A DNA stretch of 33,234 nucleotides from an archaeon (GCA_039796495.1 JBDKJQ010000066.1:1-33234); one strand, 5' to 3'; positions 6,343 through 16,747 are shown, numbered from the stretch's first letter. Made by a program: numbers and translations. Notes: generated by a model not told the origin, from the sequence alone.

Positions 6343-7621
6343 ACTCTACCCCCAACCGCTCATTCATCTCGCCATTGACATTTTCAAGCATTTTCAGTTT
6401 TGTTGCAACAGTGCCGCGCCATTCCTTGTGCCCGAGTACCCATCCAAGCTTGACAAGCGCAGTTTCAGGCAGCATATCGTTGAGGAAAACAACGCCGATG
6501 TCTTGCAATTTTCTTCCCGTTGTATATACAAAAGGATCCACTCTTCCAAAAATAGTTTGCGTGGTCATATATACGAGTAATCCCGAAGTGATCGCAATCT
6601 TCAAGGAAGGAACTAAATTATATTTTCCCTCGCACGCAACATGGCCAAAACCAGTGCCCTCAATAACAAGACCTTTACAATTTTTTCTGTAATAATCAAT
6701 AGCTGCAGGGATGATTCCGGGATGTATTTTCAGCAGGCTCACTTTTTCGTCGAACACAGCATCAATAACAACTTTATTTTTATTTCTTTTATTAAAATCA
6801 TTTCTTAGTAATTCGATTTTTCCGTTCGGAAAAACTTTTGCAAACGGCGTGCTGTTAACCGCCTTGAACGCATCCCTTCGTGACGAATGCATTTTTCTGA
6901 CTTTATTTCCCTGTAATGCATAACAAAAATCATCGTGTATAGTTGCATGTCCAACTAACATAACCTCTGCAATATCACTCAGCGCTGCATGCGCCGAACA
7001 AATCAAATTTAATCTGCTGTCGCTGCTCCCTCGATCGCTTGATCGTTGGGAATACGTCAATACAACAGGCTTGTTTAATTTCCCTAACATGAATGATAAA
7101 GCAGATCCGGTAAAATGTAAAGTATCAGTCCCATGAGTAATAATCACTCCTTTTACTTCAGGATTTTTTAATGATTTTCCCACCAATTTCGCTAGCTTCA
7201 TCCAGTCAGCTGGCATCATGTTTTCACTTAATTTCAAAAAAGGACTATGCACACGAATATCGGCAATCTCAAAAATTTCCGGGAAAAGTAAGAATAATTC
7301 TTTGGGGTCAATTAATCCCTTTACTCCTCCGGTCGTCGGGTCAAGCTTGCCGGAAATTGTTCCACCAGTAATAAATAGATCGATAATCGGCTTCTGTCCT
7401 GAATTTTTAAAATCTACATCTTTTTGCTTCACAACTCTTTTTTCAATCAACTTTATTTCACTCACATCTGATTTTTTAAAACCAATGTTGTACCCATTCT
7501 CCAATTTTAATAAAATAACACTAGGATCATAACTATCAAGAAGAATTCCTCGTTGAGGTTTTCTGTTGACAATCAATTCTACTTTGTCTCCCGCTTCTAG
7601 TTTCTTGAATGGCTTCTTCAT
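6332..7621 (-). CDS. gatD: Glu-tRNA(Gln) amidotransferase subunit D (GatD, asparaginase-like)
   Basis: 429 aa. Asparaginase motifs ITGGTISGKLD and ITHGTDTLHFTGSALSF. N-terminal GatD-specific domain. The 3' end overlaps the convergent RT stop by 11 nt. Confidence 0.9.
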   Translation of the reverse strand: MKKPFKKLEAGDKVELIVNRKPQRGILLDSYDPSVILLKLENGYNIGFKKSDVSEIKLIEKRVVKQKDVDFKNSGQKPIIDLFITGGTISGKLDPTTGGVKGLIDPKELFLLFPEIFEIADIRVHSPFLKLSENMMPADWMKLAKLVGKSLKNPEVKGVIITHGTDTLHFTGSALSFMLGKLNKPVVLTYSQRSSDRGSSDSRLNLICSAHAALSDIAEVMLVGHATIHDDFCYALQGNKVRKMHSSRRDAFKAVNSTPFAKVFPNGKIELLRNDFNKRNKNKVVIDAVFDEKVSLLKIHPGIIPAAIDYYRKNCKGLVIEGTGFGHVACEGKYNLVPSLKIAITSGLLVYMTTQTIFGRVDPFVYTTGRKLQDIGVVFLNDMLPETALVKLGWVLGHKEWRGTVATKLKMLENVNGEMNERLGVEFNS

Positions 7622-7642
7622 GAGTAGAGAAGAGGAAATCAG

Positions 7643-7651
7643 TATAAAAAG
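7643..7651 (-). promoter_or_regulatory. TATA-like box for gatD
   Basis: Minus-strand CTTTTTATA centred 26 nt upstream of the ATG at 7621. It lies back-to-back with the box for the divergent ORF. Confidence 0.45.
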
Positions 7652-7652
7652 A

Positions 7653-7661
7653 TTTTTAAAA
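7653..7661 (+). promoter_or_regulatory. TATA-like box for ORF 7682..8029
   Basis: TTTTTAAAA centred 25 nt upstream of the ATG at 7682. Confidence 0.45.
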
Positions 7662-7681
7662 CCCTTATTTTTAGAACATGC

Positions 7682-8029
7682 ATGGATGAAATACGAAACG
7701 TCAGAATAGATGAGTTGCAGCCAACTGAATTTTCTTTAAGAAACGGAAGTAGAAAATTTTACTCTCAAACATTTCCTTTATTAAGAGAGATACCTCTTCC
7801 AGAGGTATGGGAGTTAGACGGGGTCTTGGTTATCTCAGATGGACATAATCAGCTCTACGATCGAATGATAAGAGGAAATTCCCATATGCACGTTCGTTAT
7901 CTGACTCCCAAAAATTGTGGCATTGGAAAAAATGCCTACGCATATGTTGTAGAAGAACTTACAAAATGTGCTGCAAAAGCAAGAGAAAGAGGAATACAAA
8001 GGATTAGCGATTTATCTTTTGAAATGTAA
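7682..8029 (+). CDS. hypothetical protein (weak ParB/sulfiredoxin-like N-terminal resemblance)
   Basis: 115-aa ORF with a canonical promoter box. IRIDELQPTE and VISDGHNQL faintly resemble ParB-like nuclease domain motifs. Weak call. Confidence 0.5.
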   Translation: MDEIRNVRIDELQPTEFSLRNGSRKFYSQTFPLLREIPLPEVWELDGVLVISDGHNQLYDRMIRGNSHMHVRYLTPKNCGIGKNAYAYVVEELTKCAAKARERGIQRISDLSFEM

Positions 8030-8044
8030 GTTTCTAAAATTTTC

Positions 8045-8980
8045 TTATCTTTTGTGAACTTTCTTCGCCATAGAAAAAAATTCTCCAGCACGTTGCAAAA
8101 TCTCTTCATGCGCACGAACTCGTTGAGAAAGCGGAATGTCCGGAGTAGTTGTTTCAACAGTGATCGCACTTAAAGCGCCAGGTCCTTTTTTAATTTTATT
8201 ACTAACGATAATTTTCTCAGCAGTAAGCAATTCGTCAATAGAAAAATCTCTTACTTTTCCAACAATCCCATTAACAATAGGTTCTCCAAACCGAGTCTCT
8301 CGTTGTTCATAAAATTGAAATCCTTTTTTCTTTAATAAGAAAACAATTTCCTTGGCAATAGGATCAATAGATCCTAATTTTCCCTGCGAATAAATATATA
8401 ATTTTTTCCTGCTTTCATCTTCATGCAAATCAATAACCAAAAGAGGGGGATATTCTTTCGCGAATTCTAAAATAAAATTACATAGATTTCTAGCTATCAC
8501 ATTGGTAGGCTTATTTTTTCTTGGTTTTTCCTGATTTTTTAAACTAGGAAGCAGGTGATCTGCATCACCGACGCTTTTTGCCTCAATAGTTCGTGAAGCT
8601 CGTCGCAAATTAACATATCTCCAGTCGCGAGCATAACCAGCAGGATTGCATAGAGGGATTAATACAATAGGAATCTTTTTTGCCAATGCATTTAAAAAAA
8701 CAATATTTTGAGCAATAGCATTCGGTCCAGCCGGCTCTTCTCCATGAACTCCTCCAATAATCCATAAAGCCTGCCCCCTTTTTTTCGTTGTAAAACCAAG
8801 GATATCTAAAGAAAATTTTTCCCACCTTTGCACAATTTCTTGCTTTCCTATAAGGTAAATGTCCCAAGCATTTTTATCAAGTTTTGAAAAAGAGCGATAC
8901 AATCTCTCAATAGGCATTCGTTTGTCTTTACTGAATGTAGCTACTTTTGGGATTTCAAAATGAAACAAAGAAGTTTTCAT
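8045..8980 (-). CDS. Zn-dependent deacylase/carboxypeptidase of the succinylglutamate desuccinylase-aspartoacylase (AstE/AspA, M14-like) family
   Basis: 311 aa. Zinc-ligand motifs GGVHGEEPAG (HxxE) and IDLHEDES. TATA-like box at 9001..9009, 25 nt upstream. Confidence 0.7.
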   Translation of the reverse strand: MKTSLFHFEIPKVATFSKDKRMPIERLYRSFSKLDKNAWDIYLIGKQEIVQRWEKFSLDILGFTTKKRGQALWIIGGVHGEEPAGPNAIAQNIVFLNALAKKIPIVLIPLCNPAGYARDWRYVNLRRASRTIEAKSVGDADHLLPSLKNQEKPRKNKPTNVIARNLCNFILEFAKEYPPLLVIDLHEDESRKKLYIYSQGKLGSIDPIAKEIVFLLKKKGFQFYEQRETRFGEPIVNGIVGKVRDFSIDELLTAEKIIVSNKIKKGPGALSAITVETTTPDIPLSQRVRAHEEILQRAGEFFSMAKKVHKR

Positions 8981-9152
8981 ATAGTAATAATTATAGTAAA
9001 TTTATAAAGTATAGCAAAAGACTCTTAAAATTTCCCATTTGTCTTTTGATATATTCGGAAGAATTAAATTAAATAGAGAAAAATTTAAGTCTTACGTTAT
9101 ATCCCAAAACATTTATTAAGTTCTTTCAGTTTTTACCAATAGAAAAGAAAAC

Positions 9153-10142
9153 ATGAAAAAAAGAGTTGCAATCAACGGTTTAGGAAGAATTGGCAGAAAT
9201 TTTCTCAAACTCGCGCTTGAAAAAAACCTAGATATTATTGCCGTCAATGATTTAACCGATCCAAAAAATCTCGCATACTTATTGAAATACGACAGCGTCT
9301 ACGGTGTTTGGAATAAAAAAATTGAAGCTGGATCTAATTTTTTAAAGATTGACAATAAAAAAATTCTCGTTCTCAAGGAAAAAGATCCTGCCAGTTTGCC
9401 CTGGAAAATGTTAAATATTGATGTGGTGATTGAATCAACCGGCTTTTTTACTGAGCAGGCAGATAAGCATCTCAAAGCGGGAGCAAAAAAAGTTATTATA
9501 ACAGCTCCCTGTAAAAATAATCAGATAACAATCGTCCCAGGTATTAACGACAATCTCTTAAAAAATCAAACAATAATCTCCGTTGCTTCATGCACGACAA
9601 ATTGTTTCGCCCCAGTAGCCCACATTCTCAATCAGGAATTTGGCATTGAAAAGGGATTCATGACAACAGTCCATGCGTACACAGCAGATCAAAAATTGCA
9701 GGATGCTCCGCATGAAAAATATAGGAGAGGCCGTGCAGCAACTGAAAATTTAGTGCCAACAACTTCAGGAGTATTATCAGCAATCAGTCAAGTCATTCCA
9801 GAATTAAAGGGAAAAATTGATGGTTTAGCAATTCGAGCGCCAGTCATCTGTGGAAGCATCATGGATTTTTCAGTCATGCTGAAAAAACCAGTCTCCGTAA
9901 AAGAAATAAATGCCGTTCTGCAAAAATACTCACAAAAATATAAGAATATTATGGAATACAGCGAAGATGAATTAGTCAGCAGAGATATAATCAATAACCC
10001 TCATTCCTGTATTATTGACAGCCTCTCAACACAAATCATTGAGGATAAAAATGGCAAAGGAAATCTCGCAAAAGTCCTCGCCTGGTATGATAATGAGTTT
10101 GGATATTCAAATAGATTGGTAGATGTTGTTGAAATGTTGTGA
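9153..10142 (+). CDS. gap: Glyceraldehyde-3-phosphate dehydrogenase, type I (bacterial/eukaryotic class)
   Basis: 329 aa. INGLGRIGRNFLK, active site ASCTTNCFAPVA, WYDNEFGYSNR. Confidence 0.92.
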   Translation: MKKRVAINGLGRIGRNFLKLALEKNLDIIAVNDLTDPKNLAYLLKYDSVYGVWNKKIEAGSNFLKIDNKKILVLKEKDPASLPWKMLNIDVVIESTGFFTEQADKHLKAGAKKVIITAPCKNNQITIVPGINDNLLKNQTIISVASCTTNCFAPVAHILNQEFGIEKGFMTTVHAYTADQKLQDAPHEKYRRGRAATENLVPTTSGVLSAISQVIPELKGKIDGLAIRAPVICGSIMDFSVMLKKPVSVKEINAVLQKYSQKYKNIMEYSEDELVSRDIINNPHSCIIDSLSTQIIEDKNGKGNLAKVLAWYDNEFGYSNRLVDVVEML

Positions 10143-10204
10143 AATCTCTGGAAATATATTATCAACCACAGGATTATTTTTAAACTCCCTATCTCTTGAG
10201 GGTC

Positions 10205-10546
10205 ATGGAATTTGATCTGCAAGGAAGAAAGCCATTGTATACAACTCCTGATAACTCATTTTTATTTGTACCAAACACTGTTGATGGACCGCATGCTTAT
10301 GATGTCATAATAAAAGGTCGAGATCATTTTTACATCCAGGATAGAACCTTGTCTGATCTTACTTCTCCTGATATTCCAACTGAAACGATAATGCGATCTC
10401 TTGAAATGATGTGTGGAGGAGTTGTCGACCACCTTTTGAAAAATAATGGCTTGTCTTCGAAAGATTTACATATCGCACTCTTGTGCTTGAGAATTGTAGA
10501 GCAACAAAGAGAAATTAATGATCTTTACTCTGATTCTAGAGTTTAA
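10205..10546 (+). CDS. hypothetical protein
   Basis: The ORF-track start at 10196 is a TTG. The ATG at 10205 lies 25 nt downstream of the TATA-like box at 10177..10184, so I prefer 10205. No recognisable family. Confidence 0.5.
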   Translation: MEFDLQGRKPLYTTPDNSFLFVPNTVDGPHAYDVIIKGRDHFYIQDRTLSDLTSPDIPTETIMRSLEMMCGGVVDHLLKNNGLSSKDLHIALLCLRIVEQQREINDLYSDSRV

Positions 10547-10557
10547 ACATTTTTATT

Positions 10558-11526
10558 TTATTTTTTCTTCCTCAGCCCACACACAAAAAATCCTTCCATG
10601 TCGTTATCATGATGATATATTCGAACAGCCTTCTTCATCGACGGATGAAATGTTTTCTTTTTCCACTCAGTAATCCCAGGCCGAACAGCAAGTTCAACTG
10701 GTAGCTTATCACGAACATCAACAACCTCCACATCAAAAGTATCAAGCAAAAACTGAATAATCTCCTCATTTTCCTCTGGTGCATGTGTGCACGTCGAATA
10801 AATCAGCAGGCCGTCTTGTTTCAACAAAGGAATAACTGATGAAACAATTTTTTTTTGTTTTCGTGAAAGCATTTTCAATAACCCCTCACTCCATTCCAAA
10901 TACGTTCTTGGCGAGCAGCGAATATTTCCTTCTCCAGAACACGGCGCATCAACAAGAATTTTATCAAATGCAAAACGCAACTTCGCAAGTTTTTCAGCAA
11001 GCTCATTCCCCGCATGCCGCGTCACAATAGTATTCGCAACACCACATCGCTCAAGATTTGCAACTAAAATCGCAATTCTTCCGATAGAAATATCATTTGC
11101 AATAATAGTTCCTTTATTATGCATCAGCGATGCAGCCTGCGTTGTCTTTGAGCCAGGTGACGCGCAACTATCAAGCAACAGTTCATCTTCACAAGGTGCA
11201 AGCGCAAGAATCGGCATCATGCTCGTTATCTCCTGGATATAATAGTATCCAAGCAAATGTTCAATTGTTTTTCCCAACTCTCCGGGCTTAAGTTCAGACT
11301 GAACAATCATAATTTCAGGATGAGCGACAAATGGCTGCCGAATATTCCATCCTTTCTTCTCAAGAATTTTTTTCATTTCATCAACGGAAATTTTCAGAGT
11401 GTTAACACGAATAGACTTGCGTGCAACAGTTTCCGCAACCCTAAAAAAATTTTTCACATCTTCCTCATCTCTCAAGAGAAGCTTCATGCGCTCAACAAAT
11501 TTTTCTTTCGGAGGATATTTTTGCAT
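10558..11526 (-). CDS. NOL1/NOP2/Sun-family RNA (cytosine-C5) methyltransferase
   Basis: 322 aa. SAM-binding DSCASPGSKTTQ and the catalytic Cys motifs DAPCSGEGNIR and YSTCTHAPEENE. Confidence 0.88.
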   Translation of the reverse strand: MQKYPPKEKFVERMKLLLRDEEDVKNFFRVAETVARKSIRVNTLKISVDEMKKILEKKGWNIRQPFVAHPEIMIVQSELKPGELGKTIEHLLGYYYIQEITSMMPILALAPCEDELLLDSCASPGSKTTQAASLMHNKGTIIANDISIGRIAILVANLERCGVANTIVTRHAGNELAEKLAKLRFAFDKILVDAPCSGEGNIRCSPRTYLEWSEGLLKMLSRKQKKIVSSVIPLLKQDGLLIYSTCTHAPEENEEIIQFLLDTFDVEVVDVRDKLPVELAVRPGITEWKKKTFHPSMKKAVRIYHHDNDMEGFFVCGLRKKK

Positions 11527-11595
11527 AACAAATAAATCAAATAAATCTTAATAAAGGTATCAATTAACCACAATAACATTTATAATGTATTTCGT

Positions 11596-11976
11596 ATGGA
11601 AAAAACTATGCCAGAAGTATATTTGATGCGGCGATTTGACATGAACGAATCTTTTCCACGCCCAGGTCCTGGAAAAATAGAACCTTACATTAATTGTTCA
11701 TTTGTTTTAATGCATGAAGACGGCGGGTTCATCCCTCTTGAAAAACAAGGAGGGGGGAATGCACAGGGTTTATCTCAAGAAGCAATCCAAAAGCTAAAAA
11801 CCCTGCAGGGAAGAGGATATCAAATCAGAGGAGATATCTGTCCGTTATATGAAGGCCACAACGTTATAAACATCGAAGGAGATGTAGAGATTTTCCAGCC
11901 CTTTGTGAGAGACTCTGCAGAAGACAGATTATTATTAGAACATCGTGTTGATGTAATGTTTGAAGAAGCAAATTAA
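11596..11976 (+). CDS. hypothetical protein
   Basis: 126-aa ORF directly upstream of the kinase-SAHH fusion. TATA-like box at 11579..11586 fits the internal ATG at 11608 (MPEVYL...) better than 11596. Confidence 0.5.
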   Translation: MEKTMPEVYLMRRFDMNESFPRPGPGKIEPYINCSFVLMHEDGGFIPLEKQGGGNAQGLSQEAIQKLKTLQGRGYQIRGDICPLYEGHNVINIEGDVEIFQPFVRDSAEDRLLLEHRVDVMFEEAN

Positions 11977-11994
11977 ACTAATTAAAGAGGTTCC

Positions 11995-14427
11995 ATGAAA
12001 AAATTTGACGTTGTCGGTATTGGCAGTGCATTGCTTGATATTGTATATACTGTTCCTGACCAAGTGTTGCAAAAATTTGAGTTGCCAAAAGGAGGAATGA
12101 AACTCATTAGCAATAAGGAAAGCATACAACTTTTTGATGCACTCAAAGAACATGAGCCATCAGTAAATCCCGGAGGAAGTTGTTCAAATACCTTGGCAGG
12201 CATTTCGTGCTTAGGAAGCAAAACTGCATTCTTCGGAAAAATCGGCAATGATGAGCATGGTAACCTCTACGAATCAAAGACAATCCAAGCAGGTATTAAT
12301 TCATTTCTCTCGCGCCATGCAACACAGCTCACCGGCCACGCCATAACCTTCATAACTCCCGACGGTGAACGAACATTTGCAGTACATTTAGGAGCATCAG
12401 CTGATTTGCACTTAAATGATTTATCAAAAGATATAATCACGCAATCAAAAATACTGCATCTTGAAGGATATCAACTTGAAATCCCGCAGATACAAGAGGC
12501 AATCATACATATCATTACCAGTGCAAAAGAAAACGACGTTAAAATTTCGCTTGATCTTTCAGACGCAGGACTGGTACAAAGAAATCATCCCTTATTCCAG
12601 CAATTTGTCAAAGAGCATGTTGATATTGTATTTGCAAATGAGGAAGAAGCAAAAAGTTTCACTGGTAAAAACCCAGAGCAGGCATTGCACGAGATAGCAC
12701 AGCATGTTGACACTGTGATAATCAAATTAGGAGAAAAAGGAAGTTTAATCAAATCAAAAAATACTATGCATACAATACCTTCTGAAAAAACAACCGTTGT
12801 GAACACTAACGGCGCAGGCGACATGTATGCAGCAGCAATATTGCATAGCCTGGTGCAAAATACGAGCCTGGAATCTGCAGGAAGACTGGCAAGTTTCAGC
12901 GCAGCATTGATTGTTAACAGCCAAGGCACGCGTTTAACACCTGAACACCTCACTAAAATAAAGCTTTTAAACCCTCAAAAACAACTACCAGCTATGAAAG
13001 AAGTGATTATTGTGCCACTCAAAAAAGCAGAGTATAAAGTCAAAGATATTTCTCTTGCAGAGTTTGGCAGAAAAGAGATTGAAATTGCTGAAAAAGAAAT
13101 GCCGGGATTAATAGCACTGCGAAAAAAATACGGTCCACTCAAACCATTGAATAAAATAAGAATTTCCGGAAGTCTGCACATGACTATTCAGACTGCAGTG
13201 CTGATTGAAACATTGCAGGAATTAGGGGCAGACGTGCGCTGGGCATCATGTAATATTTTTTCAACACAGGATCATGCAGCAGCAGCAATCGCGAAAGCAG
13301 GAATTCCCGTATTTGCATGGAAAGAAGAAAGTTTGAAAGAATATTGGGAATGTACAAAAAAAGCACTAGATTTCGGCGATGACGCAGGTCCACAATTGAT
13401 TGTCGACGATGGGGGAGACGCAACACTCATGATCCATAAGGGAATTGAAATTGAGAATAATCCAGCACTGTTAGAATTAGATTATTCCGATGAAGGTGAA
13501 GATTTCAGAGAATTAATGATATGCTTGAAACAAATGTATTATGAAGATAAGCAATTCTGGCATAAGAGAATTAGCGACATTCGCGGCGTATCAGAAGAAA
13601 CAACAACCGGTGTCCACCGATTATACCAGATGTTAGAAGAAAATAAATTATTATTTCCTGCAATTAATGTGAACGATTCAGTTACAAAATCAAAATTTGA
13701 TAATTTATATGGATGCAGAGAAAGTTTGGCTGACGGCATAAAACGCGCAACTGACGTGATGATTGCCGGAAAAACTGCAGTAGTCTGTGGGTATGGCGAC
13801 GTCGGAAAAGGATGCGCGCAAAGTATGCGAGGATTTGGAGCAAAAGTCATTGTCACAGAAATTGATCCCATTAATGCATTGCAAGCATCTATGGAAGGAT
13901 ATCCTGTTGAAATCATCGATGATGTGCTCGCAAAAGCAGACCTCTTCATCACCGCAACTGGAAATAAAGATATTCTTACACTCGAGCATATGATGAAGAT
14001 GAAAGATCAGGCCATTCTGTGCAACATCGGCCATTTTGATAATGAAATTCAAATCAGTAGACTCAACAAATATCCCGGCATAAAAAAAATAAATATTAAG
14101 CCACAAGTGGATAAATACGTATTTCCCGACGGGAGAGAAATCTATGTGCTGGCAGAAGGAAGATTAGTAAACCTTGGGTGTGCAACCGGCCATCCAAGTT
14201 TTGTCATGAGCAATTCATTCACCAACCAAGTCCTCGCACAAATTGACTTGTGGAGAAATAATTATGCAATCGGAGTCTATCGATTACCCAAGCGCCTCGA
14301 TGAAGAAGTTGCACGATTGCATCTGGAAAGAATCGGCGCAAAACTCACAAAACTCACGCCCGATCAGGCAAAATATATCGGCGTAAATCCCGATGGTCCG
14401 TATAAGCCTGAGCATTATAAGTACTGA
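11995..14427 (+). CDS. ahcY: Fusion protein: PfkB-family (adenosine/ribo)kinase + S-adenosyl-L-homocysteine hydrolase
   Basis: 810-aa uninterrupted ORF. The N-terminal ~330 aa carry PfkB motifs NPGGSCSNT and [12 protein letters not shown]. From about 13027 there is a full SAHH: [29 protein letters not shown] site [25 protein letters not shown]-like AAGAGGT precedes the ATG. Confidence 0.85.
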   Translation: MKKFDVVGIGSALLDIVYTVPDQVLQKFELPKGGMKLISNKESIQLFDALKEHEPSVNPGGSCSNTLAGISCLGSKTAFFGKIGNDEHGNLYESKTIQAGINSFLSRHATQLTGHAITFITPDGERTFAVHLGASADLHLNDLSKDIITQSKILHLEGYQLEIPQIQEAIIHIITSAKENDVKISLDLSDAGLVQRNHPLFQQFVKEHVDIVFANEEEAKSFTGKNPEQALHEIAQHVDTVIIKLGEKGSLIKSKNTMHTIPSEKTTVVNTNGAGDMYAAAILHSLVQNTSLESAGRLASFSAALIVNSQGTRLTPEHLTKIKLLNPQKQLPAMKEVIIVPLKKAEYKVKDISLAEFGRKEIEIAEKEMPGLIALRKKYGPLKPLNKIRISGSLHMTIQTAVLIETLQELGADVRWASCNIFSTQDHAAAAIAKAGIPVFAWKEESLKEYWECTKKALDFGDDAGPQLIVDDGGDATLMIHKGIEIENNPALLELDYSDEGEDFRELMICLKQMYYEDKQFWHKRISDIRGVSEETTTGVHRLYQMLEENKLLFPAINVNDSVTKSKFDNLYGCRESLADGIKRATDVMIAGKTAVVCGYGDVGKGCAQSMRGFGAKVIVTEIDPINALQASMEGYPVEIIDDVLAKADLFITATGNKDILTLEHMMKMKDQAILCNIGHFDNEIQISRLNKYPGIKKINIKPQVDKYVFPDGREIYVLAEGRLVNLGCATGHPSFVMSNSFTNQVLAQIDLWRNNYAIGVYRLPKRLDEEVARLHLERIGAKLTKLTPDQAKYIGVNPDGPYKPEHYKY

Positions 14428-14458
14428 GTATATTCTTGAGAAAATGAATTAAAAAAAC

Positions 14459-14749
14459 ATGGCAGTTGAACCGATGTCTTTCAAAGATTTTGCAGAATCA
14501 AAAGGATTAGTTTTACAAGAACAACACACATTCAATAAATTAATCGCATATGGAACCTTAATTGTAGCGTGTACTTCTATTATAGAAATGTTTCAGAATA
14601 TTCTTGTGCAACAAATCAGTATGGGGGCTATTCTAGTCCTTATTGTATTAATTCTGTGGGCAGTTGTAAAGCAAGCTTACGAGTACAATCATCTAAAAAG
14701 ATGGTACAACAAGAATCTTCCTCATAGGATAGTTATGTCTGATTATTAA
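14459..14749 (+). CDS. small membrane protein, hypothetical
   Basis: 96 aa with two hydrophobic segments (LIAYGTLIVACTSII, MGAILVLIVLILWAVV). It lies between the two salvage fusion genes. Confidence 0.45.
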   Translation: MAVEPMSFKDFAESKGLVLQEQHTFNKLIAYGTLIVACTSIIEMFQNILVQQISMGAILVLIVLILWAVVKQAYEYNHLKRWYNKNLPHRIVMSDY

Positions 14750-14812
14750 AAAAATTTAGTAAGAAATTTAAACATATTTTAATTTCATCATATACACCCC
14801 ATCCCTCATAAC

Positions 14813-14821
14813 TTTAAAAAA
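14813..14821 (+). promoter_or_regulatory. TATA-like box for the MTAP-APRT gene
   Basis: TTTAAAAAA centred 24 nt upstream of the ATG at 14841. Confidence 0.45.
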
Positions 14822-14840
14822 TAAGAATTCTTTTTATCAG

Positions 14841-16112
14841 ATGCCAAAAATAGGTATCATCGGCGGAAGTGGATTAGACGATCCTCAACTTATCACAAAC
14901 TACCAGGAAAAATCCGTTGATACGCCCTATGGAAAACCAAGTTCTTCATTAACTGTCGGAAAAATCCAAGGCGTAGATGTGGTGATTCTCGCTCGGCACG
15001 GCAAACACCACGAAATATATCCGTCAAACATTAATTTCAGGGCAAATATTTCTGCGCTCAAGCAAGAGGGTTGCACACATATTATTGCTACCAGCGCCGT
15101 CGGATCATTAAAAGAAGAAATAAAGCCCGGAGACTTAGTCTTTCCGGATCAATTCATCGACTTCACAAAATTTAGGAAAAATACGTTTTTTGACAAATAT
15201 GGCGACGTGAAACACATAGGCATGGCAGAGCCTTTTTCCAAGGAACTCAGAAAATTATTAATTCAGGAAACAAAAAATCTGCAGTATAATTTTCACCAGA
15301 AAGCAACAATTGTTGTCATTGAAGGCCCTAGATTTTCAACCAAAGCAGAAAGTAATATGTTCAGAAATTTTGCTGACATCATCGGCATGACAACCTTTCC
15401 AGAAGTTGCATTGGCAAATGAATTGGAAATTCCGTATGCAAGCATCGCAATGTCAACCGATTATGATTGCTGGAAAGAGGGAGAAGAGCCCGTCACCTTT
15501 GAAATAGTGATGCAGCGCATGAAAGAGAATGCAGACAAGGTAAAAAAATTACTGGTAAGCGTTATTCCCAAACTTGCAGAAAATGATGAAGAATTTATAA
15601 AAAATAAAATCCGGACAATTCAGAATTTTCCAAAGCCGGGAATCATGTTTCGCGATATCACAACATTATTATTAGATCCTGAAGCGATGAAAAAAACAAT
15701 AAATATTTTTTACAATCGATACAAAGAAAACAAGATTGATGCAGTTGCAGGAATAGAATCGCGTGGATTTATCATCGCCGGCATTCTCGCAGATAAATTA
15801 AATAAAGGGATTATCCCAATTCGAAAAAAAGGAAAACTCCCGTATCAGACAGTAAGTCAGGAATATGATTTGGAATACGGCAAAGATCACATTGAGGTCC
15901 ACAGCGATGCAATTAAGCCGGGTGACCGTATTTTGCTCATCGACGATCTGATAGCAACGGGCGGAACCGCACAAGCTTCAGCACAATTAATAGAGAAACT
16001 AGGCGGAAAAATTGAGGAAATTGCGTTCATCATCGAACTTCCAGAGTTAAAGGGAAGGGAAAAATTAAAAGAGTGGCCGGTGTTTTCCGTTGTTCAATTT
16101 GAAGGCGAGTAG
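14841..16112 (+). CDS. Fusion protein: 5'-methylthioadenosine phosphorylase + adenine phosphoribosyltransferase
   Basis: 423-aa uninterrupted ORF. The N-terminal ~245 aa carry MTAP motifs [38 protein letters not shown]. The C-terminal ~175 aa carry APRT motifs [12 protein letters not shown] and the PRPP loop [13 protein letters not shown]. Confidence 0.85.
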   Translation: MPKIGIIGGSGLDDPQLITNYQEKSVDTPYGKPSSSLTVGKIQGVDVVILARHGKHHEIYPSNINFRANISALKQEGCTHIIATSAVGSLKEEIKPGDLVFPDQFIDFTKFRKNTFFDKYGDVKHIGMAEPFSKELRKLLIQETKNLQYNFHQKATIVVIEGPRFSTKAESNMFRNFADIIGMTTFPEVALANELEIPYASIAMSTDYDCWKEGEEPVTFEIVMQRMKENADKVKKLLVSVIPKLAENDEEFIKNKIRTIQNFPKPGIMFRDITTLLLDPEAMKKTINIFYNRYKENKIDAVAGIESRGFIIAGILADKLNKGIIPIRKKGKLPYQTVSQEYDLEYGKDHIEVHSDAIKPGDRILLIDDLIATGGTAQASAQLIEKLGGKIEEIAFIIELPELKGREKLKEWPVFSVVQFEGE

Positions 16113-16147
16113 GAAATTGTTATAAATCCATCCCAACTTTACCTTTC

Positions 16148-16747
16148 ATGAAATTGAATGTCCCCTTTTATCTGCAAACTACTTCTTTAAATTGCGGGCC
16201 TGCGGCATTGCGAATGGTCATTTCTTATTTTGACAAAGATCTGGGCATTGCACTATTAGAAAAAAGAACAGGCATACAGGAAGGCAAAGCAGTACTAACT
16301 TCACAAATAGCAATTGCAGCAGCTCGTTCTGGTTATGATGTAGAATTTTTTTCAAAACATATTTCTTTTAATGAAGAAAATCTAAAACTGGATTTCTACA
16401 AAAAATATTCTGATGCTGCCATGCGATCAGGAAAAACAATTGAAGAGGCGAGAAAATTAGGGGTACAAATAGGTGAAAAAGTTTTATCGCTTAGTGAGTT
16501 ATTGCAGAAAATAAATGAAAGGAGCATTCCTATTGTGCTGCTTGACTGGAACGTTATCAAAGGCGTAAACGGTTATCAAGGGCATTTCGTACCAGTCGTT
16601 GGATACAACGACGAATCTATCTACGTTCATAATCACGGATTAAACAATCCTCAAGCTTTTTTCCCGATTAAAAAAGAAGTGTTTGAAAAGTCCAGAAAAG
16701 CGCAAGGAACAGATGAAGATATTCTTGTTATCAAAAAGAAAATTTGA
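16148..16747 (+). CDS. Peptidase C39-like (papain-fold cysteine peptidase) domain protein
   Basis: 199 aa. N-terminal catalytic-Cys context QTTSLNCGPAALRMV and a downstream GHFVPVVGY His. TATA-like box at 16120..16126, 25 nt upstream. Confidence 0.6.
   Translation: MKLNVPFYLQTTSLNCGPAALRMVISYFDKDLGIALLEKRTGIQEGKAVLTSQIAIAAARSGYDVEFFSKHISFNEENLKLDFYKKYSDAAMRSGKTIEEARKLGVQIGEKVLSLSELLQKINERSIPIVLLDWNVIKGVNGYQGHFVPVVGYNDESIYVHNHGLNNPQAFFPIKKEVFEKSRKAQGTDEDILVIKKKI

Noticed and set aside
12994-12996. In-frame ATG ([16 protein letters not shown]...) as the start of a separate SAHH gene, meaning no fusion
   Set aside because: There is no stop codon anywhere between the kinase domain and SAHH, so translation from 11995 necessarily yields the fusion. 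An additional internal start cannot be excluded.
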